Shown: positions 10,153 through 18,613 of the stretch, in pieces | How positions within the stretch are numbered: the first letter of the stretch is position 1 | Layout of the letters: every line of letters starts with the position of its first letter | NCBI GenBank assembly: GCA_947459425.1 | Contig: CANHDJ010000004.1 | Location: 26,220 to 90,219, forward strand | Source of the DNA: Ignavibacteria bacterium | GTDB lineage: Bacteria > Bacteroidota > Ignavibacteria > Kapaibacteriales > UBA4661 | Reading direction: 5' to 3' | DNA: 64,000 bases | The notes under the pieces: generated by a model | Databases searched by the model: none | What the model was told of the DNA's origin: nothing | What the model saw: the letters and a program-made list of their open reading frames with translations, nothing else | Position numbers and translations under genes: made by a program

Positions 10153-10356
10153 CATTTCACCCAAGAGGAAAGATACGAAATATACGAGAAACTTGCAGAG
10201 AAACTTCCTAAATTGGCAAGATATTATGCGTGACAGAAACACTCTCATTGCCAAAAAATTATGGATAAATTAAACAACCAACCTCGAAAGGTGTTCGGAC
10301 TCCGAACACCCGCAGAGATATTTTTTTTCAATATCTTACAATTTTCGCACTTGTAA
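10153..10356 (+). mobile_element. IS30-family transposase remnant (N-terminal HTH fragment joined to the C-terminal tail; catalytic DDE core deleted; pieces lie in three frames)
   Basis: Frame 1: HFTQEERYEIYEKLAEKLPKLARYYA*. Frame 2: ...RDRNTLIAKKLWIN*. Frame 3: ...KIMDKLNNQPRKVFGLRTPAEIFFFNILQFSHL*. The LNNxPRK..G..TPxE.F tail and the hLtxEERyxI start are the parts of IS30 transposases I recognise. About 200 nt remain here, against roughly 1 kb for an intact gene. Confidence 0.5.
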
Positions 10357-10383
10357 GTTGAATTCAAGTGAGATTATACCAAG

Positions 10384-10608
10384 CTACGATCGCAAAAGAG
10401 CATCAATACTCAGTTGAATATCTTTCGCAATTTGCCGAAGTAGAACAGGTGAAATATCACGACCTTGATGAAACGGAACAGTCGTTCCACGCCCATCAGC
10501 ATGGCGAAATTGCTTATGCGAGCCGCGCTGACGCACTTCCACAAAACCCAAACGAAGCAATATTGCGACAACTTCTTGGGGTTTGAGTATTGGAACACCG
10601 ATTGCCAT
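10384..10608 (-). CDS. hicA: Type II toxin HicA (mRNA interferase family)
   Basis: Internal start MAIGVPILKPQEVVAILLRLGFVEVRQRGSHKQFRHADGRGTTVPFHQGRDISPVLLRQIAKDI. The GSH..(F/L)RH..G..TTVP.H motif is characteristic. The start codon overlaps the hicB stop (TGATG). Confidence 0.8.
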   Translation of the reverse strand: MAIGVPILKPQEVVAILLRLGFVEVRQRGSHKQFRHADGRGTTVPFHQGRDISPVLLRQIAKDIQLSIDALLRS

Positions 10609-10823
10609 CAGGCTTCCAGAACGAGTTGCTGGGTTGTAACAAACTCTGATTCTTGCACAGGAACACCATCTTCCAAGAGCATTGCACAAACCTCTCGAAG
10701 ATTTTCCATGAGTTCTTGAATTGATGAGCCTTGCGAATGCGCTCCGGCAAATCCCGGAACGTAACCAACATAAAGATTTGTTGCAGAGCAATGCTCAATC
10801 ACGGCAGTAAAGGTGGCGGACAT
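10608..10823 (-). CDS. hicB: HicB-family antitoxin (short, UPF0150-like fold only)
   Basis: MSATFTAVIEHCSATNLYVGYVPGFAGAHSQGSSIQELMENLREVCAMLLEDG matches the HicB N-terminal domain pattern. Start chosen at M25 of ORF 10608..10895; an upstream start at 10895 is possible. Confidence 0.7.
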   Translation of the reverse strand: MSATFTAVIEHCSATNLYVGYVPGFAGAHSQGSSIQELMENLREVCAMLLEDGVPVQESEFVTTQQLVLEA

Positions 10824-10920
10824 AAACGTATCGTGGATGATTGCAAAAATCGTACTTTCTTCAAATCTATTACTTGTCTCACAGACTTTCAACATTTATC
10901 TTTTCGTCAATTACAACACT

Positions 10921-11505
10921 ATGGACAAATACACTCCCTTCCAATCCCACGCCGCACCGCTTGCGGTCGAGAACGTGGACACCGACCAAATCATTCCTGC
11001 ACGATTTTTGAAAGTTACCGACAAAGTCGGCATCGGCAATCATCTCTTTCAAGATTGGCGCTACAATGACGACGGCTCGCCGAAAGCAGATTTCATATTG
11101 AATCAAGCACCCGCCAACACTGCACAAATCCTTGTTGCAGGGAACAATTTCGGCTGCGGCTCTTCACGTGAACACGCGCCTTGGGCGTTGCGTGGGTTCG
11201 GCTTCCGTGCTGTCGTTTCATCATCGTTTGCGGATATTTTTCAGAATAATTCGCTCAAAAACGGCTTGCTGCCTATCGTTGTCGGCGAGGCAGAGCTGAA
11301 GAAAATTTTCAGCATCGTACAGGCAAGCCCTGATGCGGCTTTTGCGGTAGACTTAGCAACACAAACGCTGACATTGCCCGACGGAACAGCGCTTACTTTC
11401 CCGATTGCTGCCTTTAGTAAGCATTGTTTACTCAATGGTGTGGACGAATTGGGGTATATTTTAGAGCAAGAGAGCGCTATTCGAGAATATGAGGCGGCGG
11501 CGTAG
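10921..11505 (+). CDS. leuD: 3-isopropylmalate dehydratase small subunit
   Basis: Internal ATG 10921: MDKYTPFQSHAAPLAVENVDTDQIIPARFLK...GNNFGCGSSREHAPWAL. No leuC gene is adjacent. Confidence 0.85.
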   Translation: MDKYTPFQSHAAPLAVENVDTDQIIPARFLKVTDKVGIGNHLFQDWRYNDDGSPKADFILNQAPANTAQILVAGNNFGCGSSREHAPWALRGFGFRAVVSSSFADIFQNNSLKNGLLPIVVGEAELKKIFSIVQASPDAAFAVDLATQTLTLPDGTALTFPIAAFSKHCLLNGVDELGYILEQESAIREYEAAA

Positions 11506-11751
11506 GTCTTTCTTGAGTGTTTGTAGAGCCTTGCTTCTCATTGACAAAGCACCCTTTGTTCGGCGTTTTCACAGTAGAATTTGCGCTCTTGCAAATCACT
11601 GCCAAATTGGGAAAGAAAAAGAATTCTTGAGTAAGGGCAATTTTTGTATTTTTGCAATGCTAAAAAATTCATTAACATCCAAATGTCTCACGCTGGGCAG
11701 TTACGTCAAAAACTACCCTTTGGGTAATTACACTTTAATGCCTTACCAATT

Positions 11752-12495
11752 ATGTTCAAAACCATACGCCGCCAGTTGTTATACATTGATCGCATTCGTG
11801 GTGCTGTCGCCTACTGTCGGTTTTTCTATTTCACAAAAGTACTTCGACGCTTTCAAACCTTAAATTCTAAAGATGCCAATCCTATGACAATAGAGCATAA
11901 TTGGAAAGGAATTTTGCCAACATTAGATTCCAAGCGCTCTAGTATTTTGGTTCGCCCTCTTTCGGTAATTGAGTCAGTTAATGCCAATTCACGTATACTA
12001 AGCATCGGTCCGCGTTCTGAAGGTGAGCTGTTACTACTTGAAGCATATGGCTTTAACCGTCAGAATATTCGCGGTTTGGATTTAATTAGTTATTCCCCTA
12101 TGATCGATCTAGGCGATATGCACACAATGGCATATACTGATAATTCATGGGATGTAGTGATTTCCAGCATGGTATTGCCATATAGTGATAATCAACAGAA
12201 AGCTGCCGATGAGATGGTGCGGGTAGTAAAAAACAAGGGAATTATTGCTATTTCACTTGAATATGTCCCCCCCGAAGATTATGAGAAAATTCGAGCGCAA
12301 TTTGGCTACACTGTTGGAAAAAGCGAGGAGCGTATCCAAACTGTCAAAGGATTACTAGAACTTTTTCAGCCTCATATAGAGACTGTCTTTTTTGCACAAG
12401 ATGGCTATATAGCTTCAACGCCAAATACCATTAAGGGTAGTCCGTCAAGTACTGTGTCGGTAATTTTTTCTATTAACAAGTCTAAACAGCAATAG
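11752..12495 (+). CDS. Methyltransferase-like protein (class I fold, degenerate SAM motif I)
   Basis: 247-aa ORF. Motif I position reads ILSIGPRSEGE, followed by RGLDL, then DLGDMHTMAYTDNSWDVVISSMVLPY...MVRVVKNKGIIAI, which resembles a Methyltransf_11-type core. The start is uncertain (an alternative M is at 11884). AT-rich. Confidence 0.55.
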   Translation: MFKTIRRQLLYIDRIRGAVAYCRFFYFTKVLRRFQTLNSKDANPMTIEHNWKGILPTLDSKRSSILVRPLSVIESVNANSRILSIGPRSEGELLLLEAYGFNRQNIRGLDLISYSPMIDLGDMHTMAYTDNSWDVVISSMVLPYSDNQQKAADEMVRVVKNKGIIAISLEYVPPEDYEKIRAQFGYTVGKSEERIQTVKGLLELFQPHIETVFFAQDGYIASTPNTIKGSPSSTVSVIFSINKSKQQ

Positions 12496-12587
12496 CAGAC
12501 ATTCTCTTTGCTGATTAGTGTGTGATTACTGTCTTTGTTGGTTCTCTGGGGAACAATCACCTTATTTTTACCTTCAACAATTTCTTT

Positions 12588-14390
12588 ATGGAATTTGCCT
12601 CGCCTCAAAAAATTCTAAATGTTTTTCGTAGTATTAGGTTAGGGTATTTGCAGAAACTTTTTGGCTTTGCATTTAAGCATTACCCGATACTTTCGTTTGC
12701 AGTTGGGATTTATTTATTTTCAGTTACGCTTGAAATCCTTGCTATGGCTGCTTTTATGCCATTGTCAGAAATTGCTAGTGGCAGAGGTGTTTCGCCGAAT
12801 AACATTGTCATCAAACTACTTTCATTTTTACATCTGAATGCACAATCACCCAAATATATTTTTCTTACCTATATAATTTTATTTTCCATGCGTTTTGCGA
12901 CACAAATCATCGCAGAGCGTGTTCTCGCTTCGGTTACTACCTATAGAATGCCTGCTCAATTCATGTCGCTTGCTTTAAGCAATGTTCTGCAATATGAGAA
13001 AATAAGCACTTTAGAAAAATATAGTTCAGGGCATCTTATTTTATTGGCAGGAGAAGAGGTTCACAAAGCATGTAGCATTATTGCTACGACGATCAGATTT
13101 ATGAGCAATGCCTTGCTGATTGGTTTGTACTACGTTATGATATACTATTTTTCACCGATTACTGGCTGGGGAGTATTGATTTTCCTTGGCTTGAGTATGA
13201 CGCTTTCATATGGAGTATTCAAAAAAATACACCGTCTAGGTATCCTCACAACGGAAAGCTCAAGAACGGCGACATCTATTTTTGTTGATGCTTTGAATGG
13301 TGTGCGGTCTGTACGTGCGTTTGGTGCAGAATCGTACGTTCTTGATAAATTTCAGCAAGAAATTGTTCCGCATAAACGACGTATCTTTCAGATGGAGTTT
13401 TTTAGCTTCTTTGGCAAAACGTTCCCAGCACTCGCGCTTATTCTCGCATTTGGTATGTTTATTTTGATAAGTACGCAAGTAAATAAAATTGCTTTTGATT
13501 ATGCTTTTGCTGTCACATTACTCATCTTTCTATTGCGTTTCTTCCTTGCAGTTGGCGACACCGTTAATGTTTTTCTAAAGGTACTTTCTGACGCTAAATC
13601 TGCACAAGATATTACAGATGTTGTACACGATAGATATGCAAGCAAAGGTAATCTAGCAACAACAAAACCCTCCCCAGTCTTCGATCATATTGAAAAGATA
13701 TGTCTTGAAAATATCTGTTTTTCATACACAGAAGAAAATCAGGTATTAGAGGATGTAAACCTGGTTTTTGAGCGTGGGAAATCCTATGCTATTCTTGGAG
13801 AATCTGGGGCAGGAAAATCAACAATATTAGATTTGTTATTAGGCTTCCATTCTCCAACACAAGGAAGAATTAGTATCAATGATTTGTCTATGTCCGAATA
13901 TGATGAGCAATATCTGCGACATCATATTGTTATTTTAGGGCAGGAAACAATTATTTTTAATGATACCGTTAGAAATAACATTAGCTATGGTAAAAATATT
14001 ACCGAAATAGAAATGATAGAAGCCTCACACTTAGCGGGTGTGGATGATGTGATTATGAATTTACCCTTGGGATATGATGAGATGTTGCAGTATAGAGGAA
14101 CAAATTTATCCGGAGGACAAAGACAGCGTATTGGTATCGCACGCGCTTTAGTACGTAAGCCAAAAGTTCTTGTTTTTGATGAAAGCATGAGCGCTTTAGA
14201 CCCGACAACAAAAGAAATGATAATTGAAAATATTTTGCATGAATATCGGAATAAAATTGTGATTTTCGTAAGTCATGATGTCTCTATTCGTGAAAAAGTA
14301 GATATTGTCATTGAACTTCATAAACATACGGGTTCATTCATTGGCCGTCAGGCGCAAGCCACCGTCCATGAGAATAGTCTACACACCTGA
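12588..14390 (+). CDS. ABC exporter, fused transmembrane and ATP-binding domains (MsbA/type I exporter architecture)
   Basis: Internal ATG 12588 (MEFASPQKIL). About 6 predicted hydrophobic helices are followed by Walker A GESGAGKST, signature LSGGQRQRIGIARA and Walker B VLVFDESMSALD. Very AT-rich. Confidence 0.85.
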   Translation: MEFASPQKILNVFRSIRLGYLQKLFGFAFKHYPILSFAVGIYLFSVTLEILAMAAFMPLSEIASGRGVSPNNIVIKLLSFLHLNAQSPKYIFLTYIILFSMRFATQIIAERVLASVTTYRMPAQFMSLALSNVLQYEKISTLEKYSSGHLILLAGEEVHKACSIIATTIRFMSNALLIGLYYVMIYYFSPITGWGVLIFLGLSMTLSYGVFKKIHRLGILTTESSRTATSIFVDALNGVRSVRAFGAESYVLDKFQQEIVPHKRRIFQMEFFSFFGKTFPALALILAFGMFILISTQVNKIAFDYAFAVTLLIFLLRFFLAVGDTVNVFLKVLSDAKSAQDITDVVHDRYASKGNLATTKPSPVFDHIEKICLENICFSYTEENQVLEDVNLVFERGKSYAILGESGAGKSTILDLLLGFHSPTQGRISINDLSMSEYDEQYLRHHIVILGQETIIFNDTVRNNISYGKNITEIEMIEASHLAGVDDVIMNLPLGYDEMLQYRGTNLSGGQRQRIGIARALVRKPKVLVFDESMSALDPTTKEMIIENILHEYRNKIVIFVSHDVSIREKVDIVIELHKHTGSFIGRQAQATVHENSLHT

Positions 14391-14432
14391 TGGAAACCAA
14401 AAATTCAAATACTTTTTCACTAAATTTCTCAA

Positions 14433-15470
14433 ATGATGTCAATACTTCGTGAGGCTCTCAAGCAGAGTTCTACTGCAAAATTTATCGTTCATGCCGCCCG
14501 ATTTCTTAAAGCTATTAGCATTTACAATGCAACTGGTTCAACACCTGAATATGGCTATCATAGCGGACGATATTTGTATTTTGCCACAAATAAAAAAATA
14601 TACTCTCTCTACGCAGGTTTTGAAAATTTTCGCCATCGCTCAATAAAATTGAATATTGACAGCCCCGTTGGGGTACTTGGTGATATGCGTCAAGATGGCG
14701 CAACTCAAGTCTTGAATAACCTCACCACGCAAGGCTATCACAAATTTGATGTGCGACTTGGATCTGAAGTTTGTGATACACTCGCAGAATTTGCCCGAAT
14801 GACACCGAGTAAACCCCGCGTTGCTGGCTATGAAAACAAACGGGTACTATATGACCGCAATAACTTAGTTGCAAATCTCTATGACCTTGACCCTCAGGTA
14901 TTATTAGAAAATCCAATCATTCAAAATCTCATTACCGACGAATCTCTCCTAGCGGTTGCGCAAGCATTCATTGGACCAAGCGTAAGACTCCATAATGTTG
15001 CGATGTGGTGGAGTAATGCCGATTTTCACAATGTAAGTAAAGACAGTGCCGCACAACTTTATCATGTGGATATGGACACGATTCGTTGGATTAATTTCTT
15101 TTTCTATCTGACGGATGTTGATACAAACAATGGTCCTCATTGCTACGTCGCACGCTCACACCGCGAGTCTCCGAAAGAAGTTTATCGAGATGGTCGTATT
15201 AGTGACGGAGACGTTGCCAAGCATTTCAAACCAGAAGACGCTGTCGAGCTGACGGGGCAAAAAGGAACGATACTTGCAGTTGATACAACGGGTTTGCACA
15301 AAGGAAAACCTCTTGTCAAAGGTGAGCGGCTGCTTATGCAGATCCGCTTTGCAGTCAATTATTTCGGGTCTGGTACGCCGAGCAAAGTAAATGTTAATGA
15401 TAAATTTTCGCCAGAGTTTTTGGCAAAAATTAACAAGAATGCGAACGTTTATTCAAATGGCTATTTCTAA
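14433..15470 (+). CDS. Fe(II)/2-oxoglutarate-dependent oxygenase, phytanoyl-CoA dioxygenase (PhyH)-like
   Basis: 345-aa ORF. Has YHVDMD (HxD), NNGPHCYVARSH, and a distal GLHKGKP...R, arranged as in PhyH-family proteins. Confidence 0.6.
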   Translation: MMSILREALKQSSTAKFIVHAARFLKAISIYNATGSTPEYGYHSGRYLYFATNKKIYSLYAGFENFRHRSIKLNIDSPVGVLGDMRQDGATQVLNNLTTQGYHKFDVRLGSEVCDTLAEFARMTPSKPRVAGYENKRVLYDRNNLVANLYDLDPQVLLENPIIQNLITDESLLAVAQAFIGPSVRLHNVAMWWSNADFHNVSKDSAAQLYHVDMDTIRWINFFFYLTDVDTNNGPHCYVARSHRESPKEVYRDGRISDGDVAKHFKPEDAVELTGQKGTILAVDTTGLHKGKPLVKGERLLMQIRFAVNYFGSGTPSKVNVNDKFSPEFLAKINKNANVYSNGYF

Positions 15471-15490
15471 TTTGTGTTTTTTACCGCACA

Positions 15491-16012
15491 ATGATCACTC
15501 AAGGGCAACATATTTATCTCCGCCAAATCACACCTCAGGATGTGAGCAGTGATTATGTTGCATGGATGAACGATAGCGAAATCACGCAATATCTCGAAAG
15601 TCGTTGGACGGCTCAAACGATAGACACTATTACTGCTTTTGTAAGAGCAATGTCTGATAGCCCGAGCAATTTTCTTTTCGGAATATTTTTGAATGCAACC
15701 AATAAACATATTGGCAATATCAAAATTGGCAATATCAATCAAATTCATCGTTACGGCGATGTTGGACTGATAATTGGAGACAGGGCTTCTTGGGGAAAAG
15801 GCCTTGCTTCTGAGGCAATTTCACTGGTTACGAAATACGGTTTTGAAGAGTTAAATCTGCATAAACTCTTTGCCGGAATGTATGAACAAAACGTAGGTTC
15901 CTACAAAGCCTTTTTGAAGGCAGGCTACCAAGATGCAGGACGCTATAAACGTCATTTTTTCTGTCAAGGGCAGTATGTTGATGCCCTTTGGGTGGAAAAA
16001 CTTCGTGAGTAA
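15491..16012 (+). CDS. GNAT-family N-acetyltransferase (RimJ/RimL-like; possible PseH analogue)
   Basis: 173-aa ORF. Has LRQITPQDVSSDYVAWMND... and the acetyl-CoA loop region GDRASWGKGLASEA. Located two genes upstream of pseB/pseC. Confidence 0.75.
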   Translation: MITQGQHIYLRQITPQDVSSDYVAWMNDSEITQYLESRWTAQTIDTITAFVRAMSDSPSNFLFGIFLNATNKHIGNIKIGNINQIHRYGDVGLIIGDRASWGKGLASEAISLVTKYGFEELNLHKLFAGMYEQNVGSYKAFLKAGYQDAGRYKRHFFCQGQYVDALWVEKLRE

Positions 16013-16024
16013 TTGGCATCAATA

Positions 16025-17539
16025 ATGCACCAAATGAAACATCAGAACCAACACCTTGCTTTTTTTACAACGCATCCGCTCTTCCAACGCCATCTGGCGA
16101 CAGATTTGGAACTCATTCAGCACCATCTTGATGCGGGCGATAGAGTAACTGTCTTGTACTGTGATGCAGAATTACTCGCTTGTGATATAAACACCTATCA
16201 TGAACCTGGTCAGTGCTTTCTCTGCCGAAAAACTCGTGATATTGGATTGTCCTTGCTTCAGGGCAATATACAGCAACGCTCGTATCTCCGCCTAACGCCA
16301 GAAAACCGCGCCGAACTTCGCTCAATGCAAACAACCTTTAGTTCGACCAAGGAGCTTCAGCACTATACGATTGATAATTTCGACGCCGGAACGGCGGCTC
16401 TATCTTCGATTGTGAGTTATGTGATGAATGCTGAATTAGACCTCAATGAGCATCAAGACCTGATAAAACGGTATCTTCTTTCGGGTGTGATGAGCTACCG
16501 CTCTGTTCAAAATTTCCTTCGGGAAGAAAATGTTGATAAATTCTATATTTTCAATGGCAGAATGGCAATTGTGCGAGCTGTTATGCGGGCTTGCGAGAGC
16601 GAAGGCTTACAGTTTACTATTCACGAAGCTGCCGCAGGCAATAATACCTATTCACTCTACGACAACTCGTTGCCGCACAGCATTGACCTGATGACTCGTC
16701 TGATACGCGAAAATTGGGAACGTGCATCAAATGAGCCAGAAGAGCGCCTCAAGACTGCCGATGCTTGGTTTCAGAACCGCGCAAAAGGCGTAAAAGTGAA
16801 CGGCTATTCTTTCGTCGAGCAGCAGGAGCAAGGACTTTTGCCGAATAATTGGAATCCGAACAAAAAGAATATCGTCATATTCAACTCTGCAGATTTTGAA
16901 TTTATGTGGGTTGGCGAAGAGTATCAACACCACATTTACCAAGACCAACTGGACGGTATCAAACGGGTAATTGAATCCCTTATGCCGTACGGCGAGCAGT
17001 ACCACGTCTATCTACGCATTCATCCCAATTTGGCGGCGATTGACAATGAGCTACGCCCACTTCTAGCGCTGCAATTCCCCAATCTGACAACAATTCTCCC
17101 CGATGACAAAACCAGTAGTTATGCACTTATTCAACACGCTGACAAAGTGATTACCTTTGGTTCGACGGTTGGAATTGAAACTCCGTATTGGGATAAACCT
17201 TCTATTTTGGGTGGCAAAGCGGTCTATCAGCATCTTGGCTCAACCTATAATCCCGCTTCACATGAGGAACTGATGGCTCTTGTTATGCAAGATAATTTGC
17301 CGCCTTTGGCTAAAAATGGTGCAGAGATGTATGCATATTTCTACAGTACCTTCGGTACTCCCTTCAAGCACTATGAGCCAAAAAACTTTTTTAGCGGCAC
17401 GTTTAATGGACGTGAGCCATTTGCCAATCGTTGGCTTTTTCGCGCCTTCACTGCTTACAAGTGCCTCACCCCCGAAAGTCTGCAACGCAGTGTGAATGCG
17501 CACTATGCTCAATCAACGCTCAAGCGAACATTGGGCTAG
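16025..17539 (+). CDS. Hypothetical protein; Cys-rich N-terminus and a C-terminal half reminiscent of GT-B / capsule-synthesis (KpsS/KpsC-like) proteins
   Basis: The track ORF 16013..17539 begins at a TTG directly after the GNAT stop; the first ATG is at 16025. CDAELLACD...GQCFLC cluster. Later segments IFNGRMAIVRAV, IVIFNSADFEF, YLRIHPN and VITFGSTVGIE look like Rossmann-type strands. The function call is weak. Confidence 0.5.
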   Translation: MHQMKHQNQHLAFFTTHPLFQRHLATDLELIQHHLDAGDRVTVLYCDAELLACDINTYHEPGQCFLCRKTRDIGLSLLQGNIQQRSYLRLTPENRAELRSMQTTFSSTKELQHYTIDNFDAGTAALSSIVSYVMNAELDLNEHQDLIKRYLLSGVMSYRSVQNFLREENVDKFYIFNGRMAIVRAVMRACESEGLQFTIHEAAAGNNTYSLYDNSLPHSIDLMTRLIRENWERASNEPEERLKTADAWFQNRAKGVKVNGYSFVEQQEQGLLPNNWNPNKKNIVIFNSADFEFMWVGEEYQHHIYQDQLDGIKRVIESLMPYGEQYHVYLRIHPNLAAIDNELRPLLALQFPNLTTILPDDKTSSYALIQHADKVITFGSTVGIETPYWDKPSILGGKAVYQHLGSTYNPASHEELMALVMQDNLPPLAKNGAEMYAYFYSTFGTPFKHYEPKNFFSGTFNGREPFANRWLFRAFTAYKCLTPESLQRSVNAHYAQSTLKRTLG

Positions 17540-17590
17540 AAACCAACGAAATCCATCGTCAATTTTCTTTTGTTTGTTTATTTTTTATCC

Positions 17591-18607
17591 ATGCTCCCTT
17601 ACAAATCTATACTCGTTACCGGCGGCACAGGCTCGTTTGGTAAAACCTTTGTCAAACGCATCTTAACGCAGTATCCCGAAGTTGAGCGCCTCGCTATTTT
17701 CTCCCGCGACGAACTCAAGCAATACGAAATGGCGCAAGATATTTCACCGGAAAAATATCCCCAACTCCGCTACTTTATTGGCGATGTCCGCGACGAAGAG
17801 CGCTTAAAACGCGCTTTTGAAAATATTGACGTGGTGGTCCATGCGGCAGCGTTGAAACAAGTCCCCACCGCAGAATACAACCCAATGGAATGCATCAAAA
17901 CAAACGTCATGGGTGCAGAAAACGTTATCAATGCTGCCTTGAAATCAGGCGTGAAGCGCGTTGTGGCGCTTTCCACCGACAAAGCCGCCGCGCCGATTAA
18001 CCTCTATGGCGCATCGAAACTCTGTTCCGACAAACTTTTTGTTGCTGCCAATAATTTTCGGGGCAACCGCGATATTAACTTTTCCGTCGTGCGCTATGGC
18101 AACGTCATTGGTTCACGCGGTTCGGTGATGCCGTTCTTCCTGAACAAGCGGACAAGCGGTACACTGCCTATCACGCACGACGAAATGACCCGGTTCAATA
18201 TCTCGCTTGACGAAGGCGTTGATTTGGTGTTGTACGCCATTCAGAATGCTTGGGGCGGCGAAATTTTTGTTCCCAAAATACCGTCGTATAGAATTATGGA
18301 CGTAGCAACGGCGATTGCTCCGGGTGCAAAACACGAGATTATCGGCATACGACCGGGTGAAAAACTCCACGAAGAAATGATTACCGAAATGGACTCATTC
18401 AATACTCTGGAACTGGATAAATACTACGTTATCGCGCCATCTGTTCCGCTTTGGTCGCATGACGAATATATGAAAAAATTCAATGGAAAAAGGGTTGCGC
18501 AGGGCTTCAAGTATAACTCCGGCTCAAATCCAGATTTTATGAGCGTGGAGGATATTCGCACTGCTATTCGTGAGCATATTGATCCTAATTTTACGCCACA
18601 AGCCTAA
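17591..18607 (+). CDS. pseB: UDP-N-acetylglucosamine 4,6-dehydratase (inverting), PseB/FlaA1-type
   Basis: Internal ATG 17591: MLPYKSILVTGGTGSFGKTF..., FIGDVRD, HAAALKQVP, STDKAA.P.NLYGASK, RYGNV.GSRGSV.P.F, MTRF, GIRPGEKLHEEM. Confidence 0.85.
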   Translation: MLPYKSILVTGGTGSFGKTFVKRILTQYPEVERLAIFSRDELKQYEMAQDISPEKYPQLRYFIGDVRDEERLKRAFENIDVVVHAAALKQVPTAEYNPMECIKTNVMGAENVINAALKSGVKRVVALSTDKAAAPINLYGASKLCSDKLFVAANNFRGNRDINFSVVRYGNVIGSRGSVMPFFLNKRTSGTLPITHDEMTRFNISLDEGVDLVLYAIQNAWGGEIFVPKIPSYRIMDVATAIAPGAKHEIIGIRPGEKLHEEMITEMDSFNTLELDKYYVIAPSVPLWSHDEYMKKFNGKRVAQGFKYNSGSNPDFMSVEDIRTAIREHIDPNFTPQA

Positions 18608-18613
18608 TATTTC

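Noticed and set aside
11489-11863. Plus-strand 124-aa ORF bridging the leuD end and the next gene
   Set aside because: It starts inside the leuD stop region and is Cys/Phe/Leu-rich with no motif. It more likely reflects AT-rich intergenic sequence.
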